Positions 1 to 8,140 of a stretch of 64,000 bases of DNA are shown piece after piece. The position numbers and the translations under genes were made by a program. The first letter of the stretch is position 1. Every line of letters starts with the position of its first letter. Under the pieces are notes generated by a model. It did no database searches. It was given only the letters and a program-made list of their open reading frames with translations, and was not told the DNA's origin. Source of the DNA: Anaerovoracaceae bacterium (GTDB taxonomy: Bacteria; Bacillota; Clostridia; Peptostreptococcales; Anaerovoracaceae); NCBI GenBank assembly GCA_040766105.1, contig JAXGRD010000005.1:138178-202177 (forward strand), given 5' to 3'.

Positions 1-167
1 TTTTCTCCCGCCGCCAGATCTTTTTTGTTTGCCGCAAAGATATCTTCTTTCCTTGCTTCAAGTGCTTCGCCGATGGAAGCCAGCGCTGCTATCCTCTTCT
101 CGTTGGGAAGAGACCCCATAACAAAGCTGTCTGCCTTTACGTTCCTCGCTATTTCCTTGTAATCCAT
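1..167 (-). CDS. proA: gamma-glutamyl phosphate reductase, N-terminal 55 codons only (gene runs off the left edge)
   Basis: My reverse-strand translation from the ATG at 167 gives MDYKEIARNVKADSFVMGSLPNEKRIAALASIGEALEARKEDIFAANKKDLAAGE, a typical ProA N-terminus. It is absent from the ORF track because it is under 60 aa in the window. It overlaps the stop of the upstream gene by 19 nt. Confidence 0.7.
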   Translation of the reverse strand, partial: MDYKEIARNVKADSFVMGSLPNEKRIAALASIGEALEARKEDIFAANKKDLAAGE

Positions 168-1138
168 TGTTCCGTCATCCTTTCCAATAATAATCGTACC
201 AATAAATTGATTTCACTGTAATGGAAGTCATCGGCCTTTTTAATGACCGAATATCCTTCGATGGTGTTTTCTGTGGTGATGCCCAAGCGCTTCCCGTCCA
301 CCAATACAAGACTCTTGTGGGTGAGGGTGGGGATAGAGAAGGAAAAGTCTCCGTTGTTGAAATGAAAATGGGGAAGTTCCTCTCCGTAATACACGTAATT
401 TAGAGTGGGACTGGGCTGTTTCCCCTCTACCATTAGGTGGTCTTTTTTTAACTGAATGTTGCTAATAATGAAGCGCTCCTTTTCCAAGGTGAGTGGAAAG
501 CCGAACTTGTACATGGCGCCATGAAGGTTCACCTTTGGCAGGACGCGAAGCAAGCGAAACAACTGAAGGACATCATCTCTGTTGTGAAGAAGAATCTTCT
601 CCTTCAGGTCGGATGCCCCCGTAATTAAATAATCCAAGTATAGCTGAACGCTTTCTCCACCTGAGATTTCATCGGTCCGGTTCTGCCAGAGTCCCAAAAA
701 ACTTTCCAAGGTCTTTTGCTTCAAATTAGGGGTGAACTTTCCAATATCGGAAAAATCGCGGACGATTTTGTACAGGTCCAAGTTGTATATATTTGGTGCC
801 GAGGGGAGACCCAAACGCCTTCTTCTCCCTTCCAAAAAGGGGAGATCAAAAGCACGACCGTTGTAGGTGACCAAGAAATCCAGATTCTGATAGTCCCGGT
901 CCACTGCTTTTAAGAGGGCTTCTTCTTCTCCCGGGTCCTCGGCAAAAAATTGTTTCATGATGAGCGCCCCATCTTCTCGCCGCGCAGAGAGAATTCCCAC
1001 GAGAATCACCTGAGAAGATTCGGGAGAAAGGCCGGAAGTTTCAATGTCAAGAACACCCATGGAGAGACCACCGAAGTAGGTTTCAAAAGGTGAAAAAATC
1101 TCATTTTTTTCCGTTATAATGCTTTCGGTTATTTCCAT
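149..1138 (-). CDS. RNase H-fold 3'-5' exonuclease-like protein (YprB-like)
   Basis: 329-aa ORF with the DEDD-type motif GVLDIETSGL near the N-terminus and later DLPFL / HNRDDV motifs. The stop codon is TAG. Confidence 0.6.
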   Translation of the reverse strand: MEITESIITEKNEIFSPFETYFGGLSMGVLDIETSGLSPESSQVILVGILSARREDGALIMKQFFAEDPGEEEALLKAVDRDYQNLDFLVTYNGRAFDLPFLEGRRRRLGLPSAPNIYNLDLYKIVRDFSDIGKFTPNLKQKTLESFLGLWQNRTDEISGGESVQLYLDYLITGASDLKEKILLHNRDDVLQLFRLLRVLPKVNLHGAMYKFGFPLTLEKERFIISNIQLKKDHLMVEGKQPSPTLNYVYYGEELPHFHFNNGDFSFSIPTLTHKSLVLVDGKRLGITTENTIEGYSVIKKADDFHYSEINLLVRLLLERMTEQWITRK

Positions 1139-1160
1139 GCCTTATTGTACCATAAATTAT

Positions 1161-1197
1161 AGAAAACAAGAATCCCTGCATAACAGGGACTCTTGTT
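1161..1197 (-). terminator. intrinsic terminator-like hairpin 23 nt upstream of the exonuclease-like gene start
   Basis: The minus strand reads AACAAGAGTCCCTG-ttatg-CAGGGATTCTTGTT followed by TTTCT. This is a 14-position stem with one mismatch. Confidence 0.5.
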
Positions 1198-1256
1198 CAA
1201 AAGGGGGTTTTGGGATTAGAGATTAGTGAAATATCCTTTCGGACTTTCACGAGGTC

Positions 1257-1285
1257 AGTATACTATAGAATGCTTGGAAATGCAA
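1257..1285 (-). promoter_or_regulatory. sigma-A-like promoter (TTGCAT-17 nt-TATACT) for a short leader or small RNA ending at the 1161-1197 terminator
   Basis: The hexamers and the 17-nt spacer were read directly on the minus strand. Confidence 0.4.
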
Positions 1286-1330
1286 GATTATATTGAATAA
1301 ATATTTCCATCTTCCCATTCCCCATAAAGA

Positions 1331-1339
1331 TGATATAAT
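1331..1339 (+). promoter_or_regulatory. extended -10 element (TGaTATAAT) upstream of proB
   Basis: TGATATAAT lies about 30 nt before the proB ATG. The -35 is weak. Confidence 0.35.
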
Positions 1340-1369
1340 TACAAGAAAATATAAATAAGGAGATAGTAG

Positions 1370-2179
1370 ATGGAAGCAATTAGCGAAGTGTTGAGGGACA
1401 GCAGAAAAGTAGTCGTAAAAATTGGAAGCAATGTGCTTTCCAAAGACGACGGAGCCGTCAACAAGGAAATCATGCACAACATTGTAGAGCAGGTCAGCGA
1501 AATGATTGACATGGGAAAGCAGGTCATTATCGTTTCATCGGGAGCGGGAATCTGTGGCGTTGGCGCCATCAACAAGTGGTCCCGGAGGGGGGATATCAAC
1601 TATAAACAGGCGCTTTGTGCCATTGGGCAGGTGGAGCTGATGATGGCATACAAGGAGTATTTTTGGGATTACGGCCTCCACGTGGGGCAGATTCTTCTCA
1701 CTAGGGATGACTTTTCCAACGACCAGCGAACTTTGCATATTCGAAATACATTGTTTACTATGGTGGATGAGGGGGTGATTCCCATCATCAATGAAAACGA
1801 TAGCGTCAGCGTGGAAGAAATCAAAATCGGTGATAACGATACATTGAGCGCCTTGACGGCGAATCTTTGGAATGCGGACGTGCTTGTTTGCCTCAGCGAT
1901 ATTGACGGTGTCTATGACAGAGATCCCAAAAGGAACCCTGACGCGGAGCTCATTGAAGAGGTCTACGATATCGATGGGCTTTTGGAAGAAATCGACATGA
2001 GGGGGAAGAGTACCTTTGGATGTGGCGGAATTGCCACAAAGATAGAAGCGGCGCGACGAGCTGGAGAGTACTATATCCCTACGGTTCTACTTAACGGGAA
2101 GCGGAAAGATGTGTTGCGCAACGCCTTGGAAGGTGAGGAAAGAGGAACGGTATTCTTTTGGAATCAAGGAGATCAGTAA
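1370..2179 (+). CDS. proB: glutamate 5-kinase (no PUA domain)
   Basis: 269 aa. VVVKIGSNVL...IIVSSGA and INENDSV..EEIKIGDNDTLSA motifs are typical of amino-acid kinase / ProB. Confidence 0.9.
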   Translation: MEAISEVLRDSRKVVVKIGSNVLSKDDGAVNKEIMHNIVEQVSEMIDMGKQVIIVSSGAGICGVGAINKWSRRGDINYKQALCAIGQVELMMAYKEYFWDYGLHVGQILLTRDDFSNDQRTLHIRNTLFTMVDEGVIPIINENDSVSVEEIKIGDNDTLSALTANLWNADVLVCLSDIDGVYDRDPKRNPDAELIEEVYDIDGLLEEIDMRGKSTFGCGGIATKIEAARRAGEYYIPTVLLNGKRKDVLRNALEGEERGTVFFWNQGDQ

Positions 2180-2180
2180 T

Positions 2181-2981
2181 ATGAAAATCGGCTTTATCGG
2201 CATTGGAAATATGGGCGGAGCAATCATAAAGGGATATAAGTCTCATGGAGGGCAAGATAGAAATGAGATTCTCGCTTACTCCAGAACTGCAGAGCGCCTT
2301 CATGCCTTTTGTGAAGAAAATAATGTGACACCATGTGACTCAGTAGAGGATCTAGTGAAGGCCAGCGATATCATCGTGCTTGCAGTCAAGCCAAAGGATT
2401 TCCCTGCGGTCCTGGCACAGGTTGCCCCGGTTTTCACCAAGAGTAAGACCATCGTTTCCATCGCCGCAGGAATTACCATGAAGGTCATGGAAGATGCCTT
2501 GGGCGCGGATGCCATGATTGTCCGAACCATGCCCAACACCCCCGCAATGGTTGGGGAAGGGATGACTTCCGTAAGTAGAAACGCCAATGTTTCTGACGAA
2601 TCCTTTGGTCAAATCATGAAAGTATTTCGCTCTCTGGGGAAGGCAGAAGAAGTTTCCGAGGATATGATTCACTGTGTCGTGGGCGTTTCCGGAAGCAGTC
2701 CCGCCTATACATACATGTACATCGATGCCCTGGCAAGAACCGCGGAAAAGAACGGAATGGATTATGATCAAGCAATTACCTTTGCTGCCCAGGCAGTATT
2801 GGGTGCGGCAAAGATGGTTCTGGAAACCGGAGAAAATCCGGAAAAGCTGCGCATTGACGTGTGCTCTCCCGGGGGAGCAACAATCGAGGCTGTCAACGCA
2901 CTCTTCGATAACGGCTTCGTTGATGATGTTGCGGAAGGATTTCAGGCGGCATACGAGAAATCAAAGGTGATGAGCAAATGA
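2181..2981 (+). CDS. proC: pyrroline-5-carboxylate reductase
   Basis: MKIGFIGIGNMGGAI Rossmann N-terminus and a PGGATIEA motif. I chose the ATG at 2181, directly after the proB stop, over the longer track ORF starting at 2109. Confidence 0.9.
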   Translation: MKIGFIGIGNMGGAIIKGYKSHGGQDRNEILAYSRTAERLHAFCEENNVTPCDSVEDLVKASDIIVLAVKPKDFPAVLAQVAPVFTKSKTIVSIAAGITMKVMEDALGADAMIVRTMPNTPAMVGEGMTSVSRNANVSDESFGQIMKVFRSLGKAEEVSEDMIHCVVGVSGSSPAYTYMYIDALARTAEKNGMDYDQAITFAAQAVLGAAKMVLETGENPEKLRIDVCSPGGATIEAVNALFDNGFVDDVAEGFQAAYEKSKVMSK

Positions 2982-3523
2982 TTGTAGAAGAAAAAACGCT
3001 GAGTACGGAACGAATCTACGAAGGCCACATACTGAATCTTAGGAGGGACCGGGTGATTACCAGAGACGGCGAGTCCTATCGAGAAATCGTGGAGCACAAC
3101 GGCGGTGCTGCTGTTGCTGCCATAACGAATGAAGACAAAATTGTTATGGTCAAGCAATATCGAAAGGCCTTCGATTCGGTCATATTAGAGGTGCCGGCCG
3201 GCAAAATCGAGAAGGGAGATAATCCTGATGAAACCGTTAACCGGGAGTTGAAGGAAGAAACCGGCTATACAGCCGAAAAGGTTACTTACTTGACGGAGAT
3301 GCTCCCGTCGGTGGGCTATACCCAAGAAGCGGTTCATATTTACCTCGCGGAAGGATTGGCACCTGGAGAAACGGACTTGGATGCCAATGAAGCCATTCAG
3401 GTGGTTGAGTTGGACTTTCAAGAGGCTCTGGGAATGGTCATGAGAGGAGAGATAAAGGATGCGAAATCTATTATTGCCATCCTGATGACCAATCAAATGA
3501 GGGAAGAAAACAGGGAAAGGTGA
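2978..3523 (+). CDS. NUDIX hydrolase, ADP-ribose pyrophosphatase-like
   Basis: Nudix box GKIEKGDNPDETVNRELKEETGY. 181 aa. The ATGA overlaps the proC stop. Confidence 0.8.
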   Translation: MIVEEKTLSTERIYEGHILNLRRDRVITRDGESYREIVEHNGGAAVAAITNEDKIVMVKQYRKAFDSVILEVPAGKIEKGDNPDETVNRELKEETGYTAEKVTYLTEMLPSVGYTQEAVHIYLAEGLAPGETDLDANEAIQVVELDFQEALGMVMRGEIKDAKSIIAILMTNQMREENRER

Positions 3524-3590
3524 TTTTTTTTATTGTAACCCTCCTGCAGGGGTAGTATACTAAGATGGACAGATAAGTAGGGGAGTAGTT

Positions 3591-4475
3591 ATGCATTTGG
3601 ACTCATTTCTGGAATACCTAAAGACGGGCAAAAAAATGTCGTGGAATACACAAGAGGCATATAAGAGAGATATGCTGGCTTTTTTTGCTTTTTTGGAAGA
3701 AAAGGGCATTCGTGATCCGAAAGATGTGACCAATACGGAAATTGTTTCCTATTTATTCCTACTGCGAAAGACAGGAAAATCCGCCTCGACAATCAACCGG
3801 AAGCTGGCAACAATCAGAGGCTATTTTAGATTCCTTATGGAAGAAAAGGGTGTTATCACCGCCAATCCCACTGCCAACATTAAATCCCCCAAGGTGGAGC
3901 GAAAGGAAATCGAATATCTAACTATAGAAGAGGTGGATGTATTGCTTTCCATCCCCGATGATAGCGTAAAAGGTAAGCGAGATCGAGCTATTTTGGAGTT
4001 GCTCTATGCCACCGGAATTCGAGTCAACGAGCTGATTTACGCATCCTTGTCAGATGTAAATTTACGTATCGGTTTCTTCACATGCCCCGGAGATTCGGGG
4101 AAGGCAAGAATCATCCCCATAGGCGGACCTGCGCGTGCGGCAATGGAGGAATATATTTATCGGGGAAGAGACATGCTGGTAAAGGATAACAGAGATGAGA
4201 CTTCTCTCTTTGTAAACTTTTACGGGAAGCAGATGACAAGGCAAGGCCTTTGGAAAATTCTTCGAGAATACGGCATCAAGGCCGGTATTGAAGGCAAGAT
4301 TACGCCGCACATTCTGCGAAACTCTTTCGCCGTCCATATGATACAAAACGGTGCAGATTTAAAGTCTCTTCAGGAACTGCTTGGACATGAAGACCTGTCG
4401 GCAACACAGATTTATTTGTCCGTGACCAAGAACAGAATCAAGGATGTCTACGACAAGACACACCCGAGAGCGTAA
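3591..4475 (+). CDS. xerD: tyrosine recombinase, XerD/XerC family
   Basis: 294 aa with ATGIRVNEL (Arg), HILR (HxxR), LLGH and TQIY (catalytic Tyr). The XerD versus XerC assignment is tentative. Confidence 0.7.
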   Translation: MHLDSFLEYLKTGKKMSWNTQEAYKRDMLAFFAFLEEKGIRDPKDVTNTEIVSYLFLLRKTGKSASTINRKLATIRGYFRFLMEEKGVITANPTANIKSPKVERKEIEYLTIEEVDVLLSIPDDSVKGKRDRAILELLYATGIRVNELIYASLSDVNLRIGFFTCPGDSGKARIIPIGGPARAAMEEYIYRGRDMLVKDNRDETSLFVNFYGKQMTRQGLWKILREYGIKAGIEGKITPHILRNSFAVHMIQNGADLKSLQELLGHEDLSATQIYLSVTKNRIKDVYDKTHPRA

Positions 4476-4604
4476 GAACAGTTCCTTTCTGCAGGATTTA
4501 TTAAAAACCATTCTCTGAGACAGTAGAAATTCTCTTTAACCACCTTTTCCCAGGTACGGCACCGGGACAGGAATAATCTTGGGATATGTCCTTTGGAGGA
4601 GGTG

Positions 4605-4730
4605 AAAGTGTAAGTTTTTTACACTATCAGCTCATTTTTTCTTCCAAAGTGTAAGGGCAATTAGGACCAAATAATTGTTTTGTTGTATTTGCAACAAAAT
4701 GTCGTGTTGACAAAGAAAAAACTTACACTT
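4605..4730. repeat. nested inverted/direct repeat set in a 449-bp non-coding gap
   Basis: AAGTGTAAGTTTTTT (4606-4620) is the exact reverse complement of AAAAAACTTACACTT (4716-4730). AAAGTGTAAG recurs at 4646-4655. A central hairpin TTTTGTTG-tatttg-CAACAAAA sits at about 4677-4698. Confidence 0.6.
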
Positions 4731-4815
4731 CTAGCCTAGCTATTTCCAAATTCGTAGATTATTTTTGTCCCACTGAGGACATTTAAGAAATGGTGATAAA
4801 AGGTCAAAAAAGTCC

Positions 4816-4844
4816 TTGATTTACCTATTCCATCATGGTAAAAT
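4816..4844 (+). promoter_or_regulatory. sigma-A promoter of rplS (TTGATT-17 nt-TAAAAT with upstream TG)
   Basis: Hexamers and spacing were read directly. This leaves an approximately 75-nt 5' UTR that could be an r-protein leader, which I have not verified. Confidence 0.55.
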
Positions 4845-4924
4845 GGATAAGTTATTACGGGCGGTCCTCTGGGCGGGAGATTTTATGCGCGCCATGAACG
4901 TCTATGAGGGAAGGAGGAATACCA

Positions 4925-5527
4925 ATGAATGTATTAGATCAAATCACAGCAGAATATAAGAAAAGTGATATCCCGGCATTTAACGTAGGTGATACAGTCA
5001 AGGTCCACATCAAGATCAAAGAAGGGACCAGAGAGAGAATCCAGATATTTGAAGGATTCGTACTGAAGAGACAGAACGGTGGTGTCAGTGAGACATTTAC
5101 CGTGAGAAGACTGGCATCCGGCGTAGGTGTGGAAAAGACTTTCCCGCTACATTCACCTAAGATCGATAAGATTGAGGTGGTGAGAAGCGGTGATGTAAGA
5201 AGAGCAAAACTTCATTACATGCGTGAGAGAACCGGTAAATCTGCCAAGATCAAGACGAAAGTCGTGACACAGGAGCAGCTGGAAATGGAAGCGGCTTCCA
5301 GAGCTGCAAAGGCAGAAGCCGAAGCAGAGGCGGCGGCAGCAGCGGCTGCAGCAGCAGAAGCAGAAGCTAAGGCGGCGGAAGAAGCAGCAGCTAAGGCAGA
5401 GGCTGAAGCGGAAGAAGCGGCTAAGGCGGCAGCAGAAGCGGAAGAAAAAGCCGAAGAGGCAGAAGAAAAAGCGGAAGCGGCAGCGGAAGAAGCCGAAGAA
5501 ATCGCAGCAGAAAAAACAGAAGAGTAA
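4925..5527 (+). CDS. rplS: 50S ribosomal protein L19 with an approximately 85-aa Ala/Glu/Lys-rich C-terminal extension
   Basis: [44 protein letters not shown] is canonical L19. The start is taken at the ATG at 4925, behind GGAAGGAGG. Confidence 0.9.
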   Translation: MNVLDQITAEYKKSDIPAFNVGDTVKVHIKIKEGTRERIQIFEGFVLKRQNGGVSETFTVRRLASGVGVEKTFPLHSPKIDKIEVVRSGDVRRAKLHYMRERTGKSAKIKTKVVTQEQLEMEAASRAAKAEAEAEAAAAAAAAAEAEAKAAEEAAAKAEAEAEEAAKAAAEAEEKAEEAEEKAEAAAEEAEEIAAEKTEE

Positions 5528-5531
5528 TCAA

Positions 5532-5560
5532 GAAGGGGTTCCGCTAGAGGGCCCCTTTTA
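5532..5560 (+). terminator. intrinsic terminator after rplS
   Basis: AAGGGG...CCCCTT stem followed by TTTA. Confidence 0.5.
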
Positions 5561-5586
5561 CTTTAGCAGAGAAAAGGAACAGACCA

Positions 5587-6423
5587 ATGGATCAAATCAA
5601 CTGGTATCCGGGACATATGAAAAAAACGCGAGAACTCATTGCCGAGAACATTAAGGCGGTGGATGTTGTGGCGGAACTTGTGGATGCACGAATTCCCAGG
5701 TCCAGCAGAAATCCCATTCTTCACGAAATCATGGGAGACAAGGAGCGCTTGGTTCTGTTGAACAAAAGTGACTTGGCGGATACCGCTGAAAACAATCGAT
5801 GGTTGGAGCATTTTCGCAATAATGGAGAAGATGCCTTGCTAATCAATGCCAACACCGGTGAAGGGATACGAAACCTCCTACGAGACTTGGAGGACAGAAA
5901 GAACCGGCGAACCGGGCGGCGTGCCAACATTCCCTATCGCCTCATGGTGGTGGGGGTTCCTAACGTGGGGAAGTCTTCCTTTATCAACAGGGTGACAGGA
6001 CGAAAGAGCACCCAGACAGGGGATCGTCCCGGTGTAACCAAGGGAAAGCAATGGTTGACCATTCCGGGAGGAATGCAGTTACTGGATACCCCGGGAATTC
6101 TATGGCCCAAGTTTGAGGACCCTAAGGCCGGCATGAATTTGGCATTTTGTGGATCCATTCGTGATGAAATCCTAGACCTGGAGACCCTCGCTTTGGAGTT
6201 CGTCACCTATATGGAAGCAAACTATCCGCAGTTGCTCATGGATCGATACAAGCTGGATGGATTAGGTGACACATCCCTGGAAACCATGGAAGCAATCGCC
6301 GCAAAGCGAGGTTTTCTCATGAAGGGAAAGCGAGTGGACTACACACGAACCGCAAGAACCTTGCTGGATGAGTTCCGGGGCGGAAGCATTGGAAAAATTA
6401 CTTTGGAAAAGGTGGCGGAATGA
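5587..6423 (+). CDS. rbgA: ribosome biogenesis GTPase A (YlqF/RbgA)
   Basis: INWYPGHMKK start, circularly permuted GTPase motifs NKSD ... GVPNVGKSS ... DTPG. Confidence 0.9.
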   Translation: MDQINWYPGHMKKTRELIAENIKAVDVVAELVDARIPRSSRNPILHEIMGDKERLVLLNKSDLADTAENNRWLEHFRNNGEDALLINANTGEGIRNLLRDLEDRKNRRTGRRANIPYRLMVVGVPNVGKSSFINRVTGRKSTQTGDRPGVTKGKQWLTIPGGMQLLDTPGILWPKFEDPKAGMNLAFCGSIRDEILDLETLALEFVTYMEANYPQLLMDRYKLDGLGDTSLETMEAIAAKRGFLMKGKRVDYTRTARTLLDEFRGGSIGKITLEKVAE

Positions 6424-7097
6424 AGAAGGCGGAACGGGAAGAATTGCTTCTTCGGAAATTGGCGGAAATGAAGGAATTTGAGTCAGGGTTTTACGCTGAC
6501 GGAATCCAAACCCTAGGTGGTGTAGATGAAGTGGGAAGAGGTCCGCTGGCCGGGCCGGTGGTAGCCGCCTGTGTGGTGCTGCCGAGAAGTTTTGATGTGC
6601 CGGGTGTGGATGACTCTAAGAAGCTGACGGAAAAGAAGCGGACGTCTCTTGCCACCCTCATTAAGCAGGAAGCCCTCGCCTACGGCCTTGCCATGGCAGA
6701 CCAAGAGGTCATTGACGAAATCAATATTCTGGAAGCAACCAAGGGTGCCATGAAAATGGCAGTAGAGAAAGCCAACGAAATGCTGTTGTTGAAAACCGGC
6801 AGCCCAATATCCCACGTGTTGCTGGATGCGGTGACTCTCAAGTATTTTGCCTTTCCTCAGACGGCAATCATCGGCGGAGACGGAAAGAGCATCTCCATTG
6901 CAGCAGCTTCCATCCTTGCAAAGGTGACTAGGGATGATTTGATGGTAAAGTATTCCGAAATTTACCCGGGATATGCCTTTGAAAGAAACAAAGGATACGG
7001 AACAAAGGCGCACTACGAAGGAATTGAAAAACTCGGTATTTGTCCCATTCACAGAAAGAGTTTTTTGAAGAAGTATACAAAAGGTTTTGACACGTAA
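6420..7097 (+). CDS. rnhB: ribonuclease HII
   Basis: GVDEVGRGPLAGPVVAA and DDSKKL motifs. 225 aa. Confidence 0.9.
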   Translation: MKKAEREELLLRKLAEMKEFESGFYADGIQTLGGVDEVGRGPLAGPVVAACVVLPRSFDVPGVDDSKKLTEKKRTSLATLIKQEALAYGLAMADQEVIDEINILEATKGAMKMAVEKANEMLLLKTGSPISHVLLDAVTLKYFAFPQTAIIGGDGKSISIAAASILAKVTRDDLMVKYSEIYPGYAFERNKGYGTKAHYEGIEKLGICPIHRKSFLKKYTKGFDT

Positions 7098-7157
7098 GAG
7101 TGGGATGAAGTAAAATAAAAATTAGTATTGGTGAATATAAATAGAAAGAAGGAAGTC

Positions 7158-8021
7158 ATGAAAATCAGTGAGATATTGAAGAAGAAAATGAGCTTTTCCT
7201 TTGAAGTCTTTCCCCCCAAAACCCAGCAACCCATGGAGCCCTTACTGGAGACATTGGATAAGCTGTACCAATATTCTCCGGACTACATCAGTTGTACCTA
7301 CGGAGCGGGCGGCACCAACAAGGGCAGAAATGCTGAAATATGTAAGGCCATTCACGACAGTGGAAACACTGCCATGAGTCACTACACCTGCATCGGCAAT
7401 ACCAGAGAAGATGTCTCTGCGGCCATGCAGGAGTACAAGGATATGGGCATCGAAAATATTCTTGCCTTGAGAGGGGATCTTCCCAAGGGATGGGAAGATA
7501 CCAGAGGCTACTTTGCCCACGGAGACCGGTTGATACAATATATCAAGGAAGCGTTTCCGGAGTTTTGCGTGGGCGGCGCTTGCTATCCGGAGAAGCACTT
7601 AACTGCCAAAAGTCTGGATGCTGACATAGCCCATCTTCGATCCAAGCAGGACAACGGCGCAGAGTTCCTCATGACCCAATTCTGCTATGATGTAGAGGCT
7701 TACGAACGATACATGGACAAGTTGCGCACTGCGGGGATTCACCTTCCCATGATTGTAGGTGTCATGCCCGTACTGTTCAAAGATGGTTTGCTGAGAATGA
7801 CCTTATCCAACGGCTGTTCCATTCCTGCTGAAGTAGCCGAAATCATCGGACGCTACGGTGAGAATCCTGCGGACTTTAAGAAAGCCGGTAAGGAATATAC
7901 CATCAACCTCATATATAAGTATATCAACCTGGGAATAGACGGCTTGCACATCTATTCTCTCAATAAATACAAAGATCTTGCCGAAATCATCAACGATTCC
8001 GGACTACGGGGATCATTTTGA
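7158..8021 (+). CDS. metF: methylenetetrahydrofolate reductase
   Basis: MKISEILKKKMSFSFEVFPPKT and GGACYPEKH motifs. The ATG at 7158 sits behind AAGGAAG and is preferred to the TTG at 7128. Confidence 0.85.
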   Translation: MKISEILKKKMSFSFEVFPPKTQQPMEPLLETLDKLYQYSPDYISCTYGAGGTNKGRNAEICKAIHDSGNTAMSHYTCIGNTREDVSAAMQEYKDMGIENILALRGDLPKGWEDTRGYFAHGDRLIQYIKEAFPEFCVGGACYPEKHLTAKSLDADIAHLRSKQDNGAEFLMTQFCYDVEAYERYMDKLRTAGIHLPMIVGVMPVLFKDGLLRMTLSNGCSIPAEVAEIIGRYGENPADFKKAGKEYTINLIYKYINLGIDGLHIYSLNKYKDLAEIINDSGLRGSF

Positions 8022-8140
8022 TTGTGGAGGAGACCAACTATGAAAAGTCAAGGTAAATATGGATAAAAAAGAAATTCCATAGAGGGTTGATTTTGTGCAT
8101 GCTAAGCAGAACACCCTTAAGATGAACATTGAAAATCAAA

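Noticed and set aside
4586-4654. 22-codon ORF (MSFGGGESVSFLHYQLIFSSKV) inside the xerD-rplS gap.
   Set aside because: It has no RBS and lies across the repeat arms. The repeats themselves are the more likely signal.
4700-4740. Possible dif (Xer recombination) site next to xerD.
   Set aside because: The sequence does not resemble the Firmicute dif consensus as I remember it (..TTCCTAGAATATATATTATGTAAACT). Also, dif is not normally adjacent to xerD.
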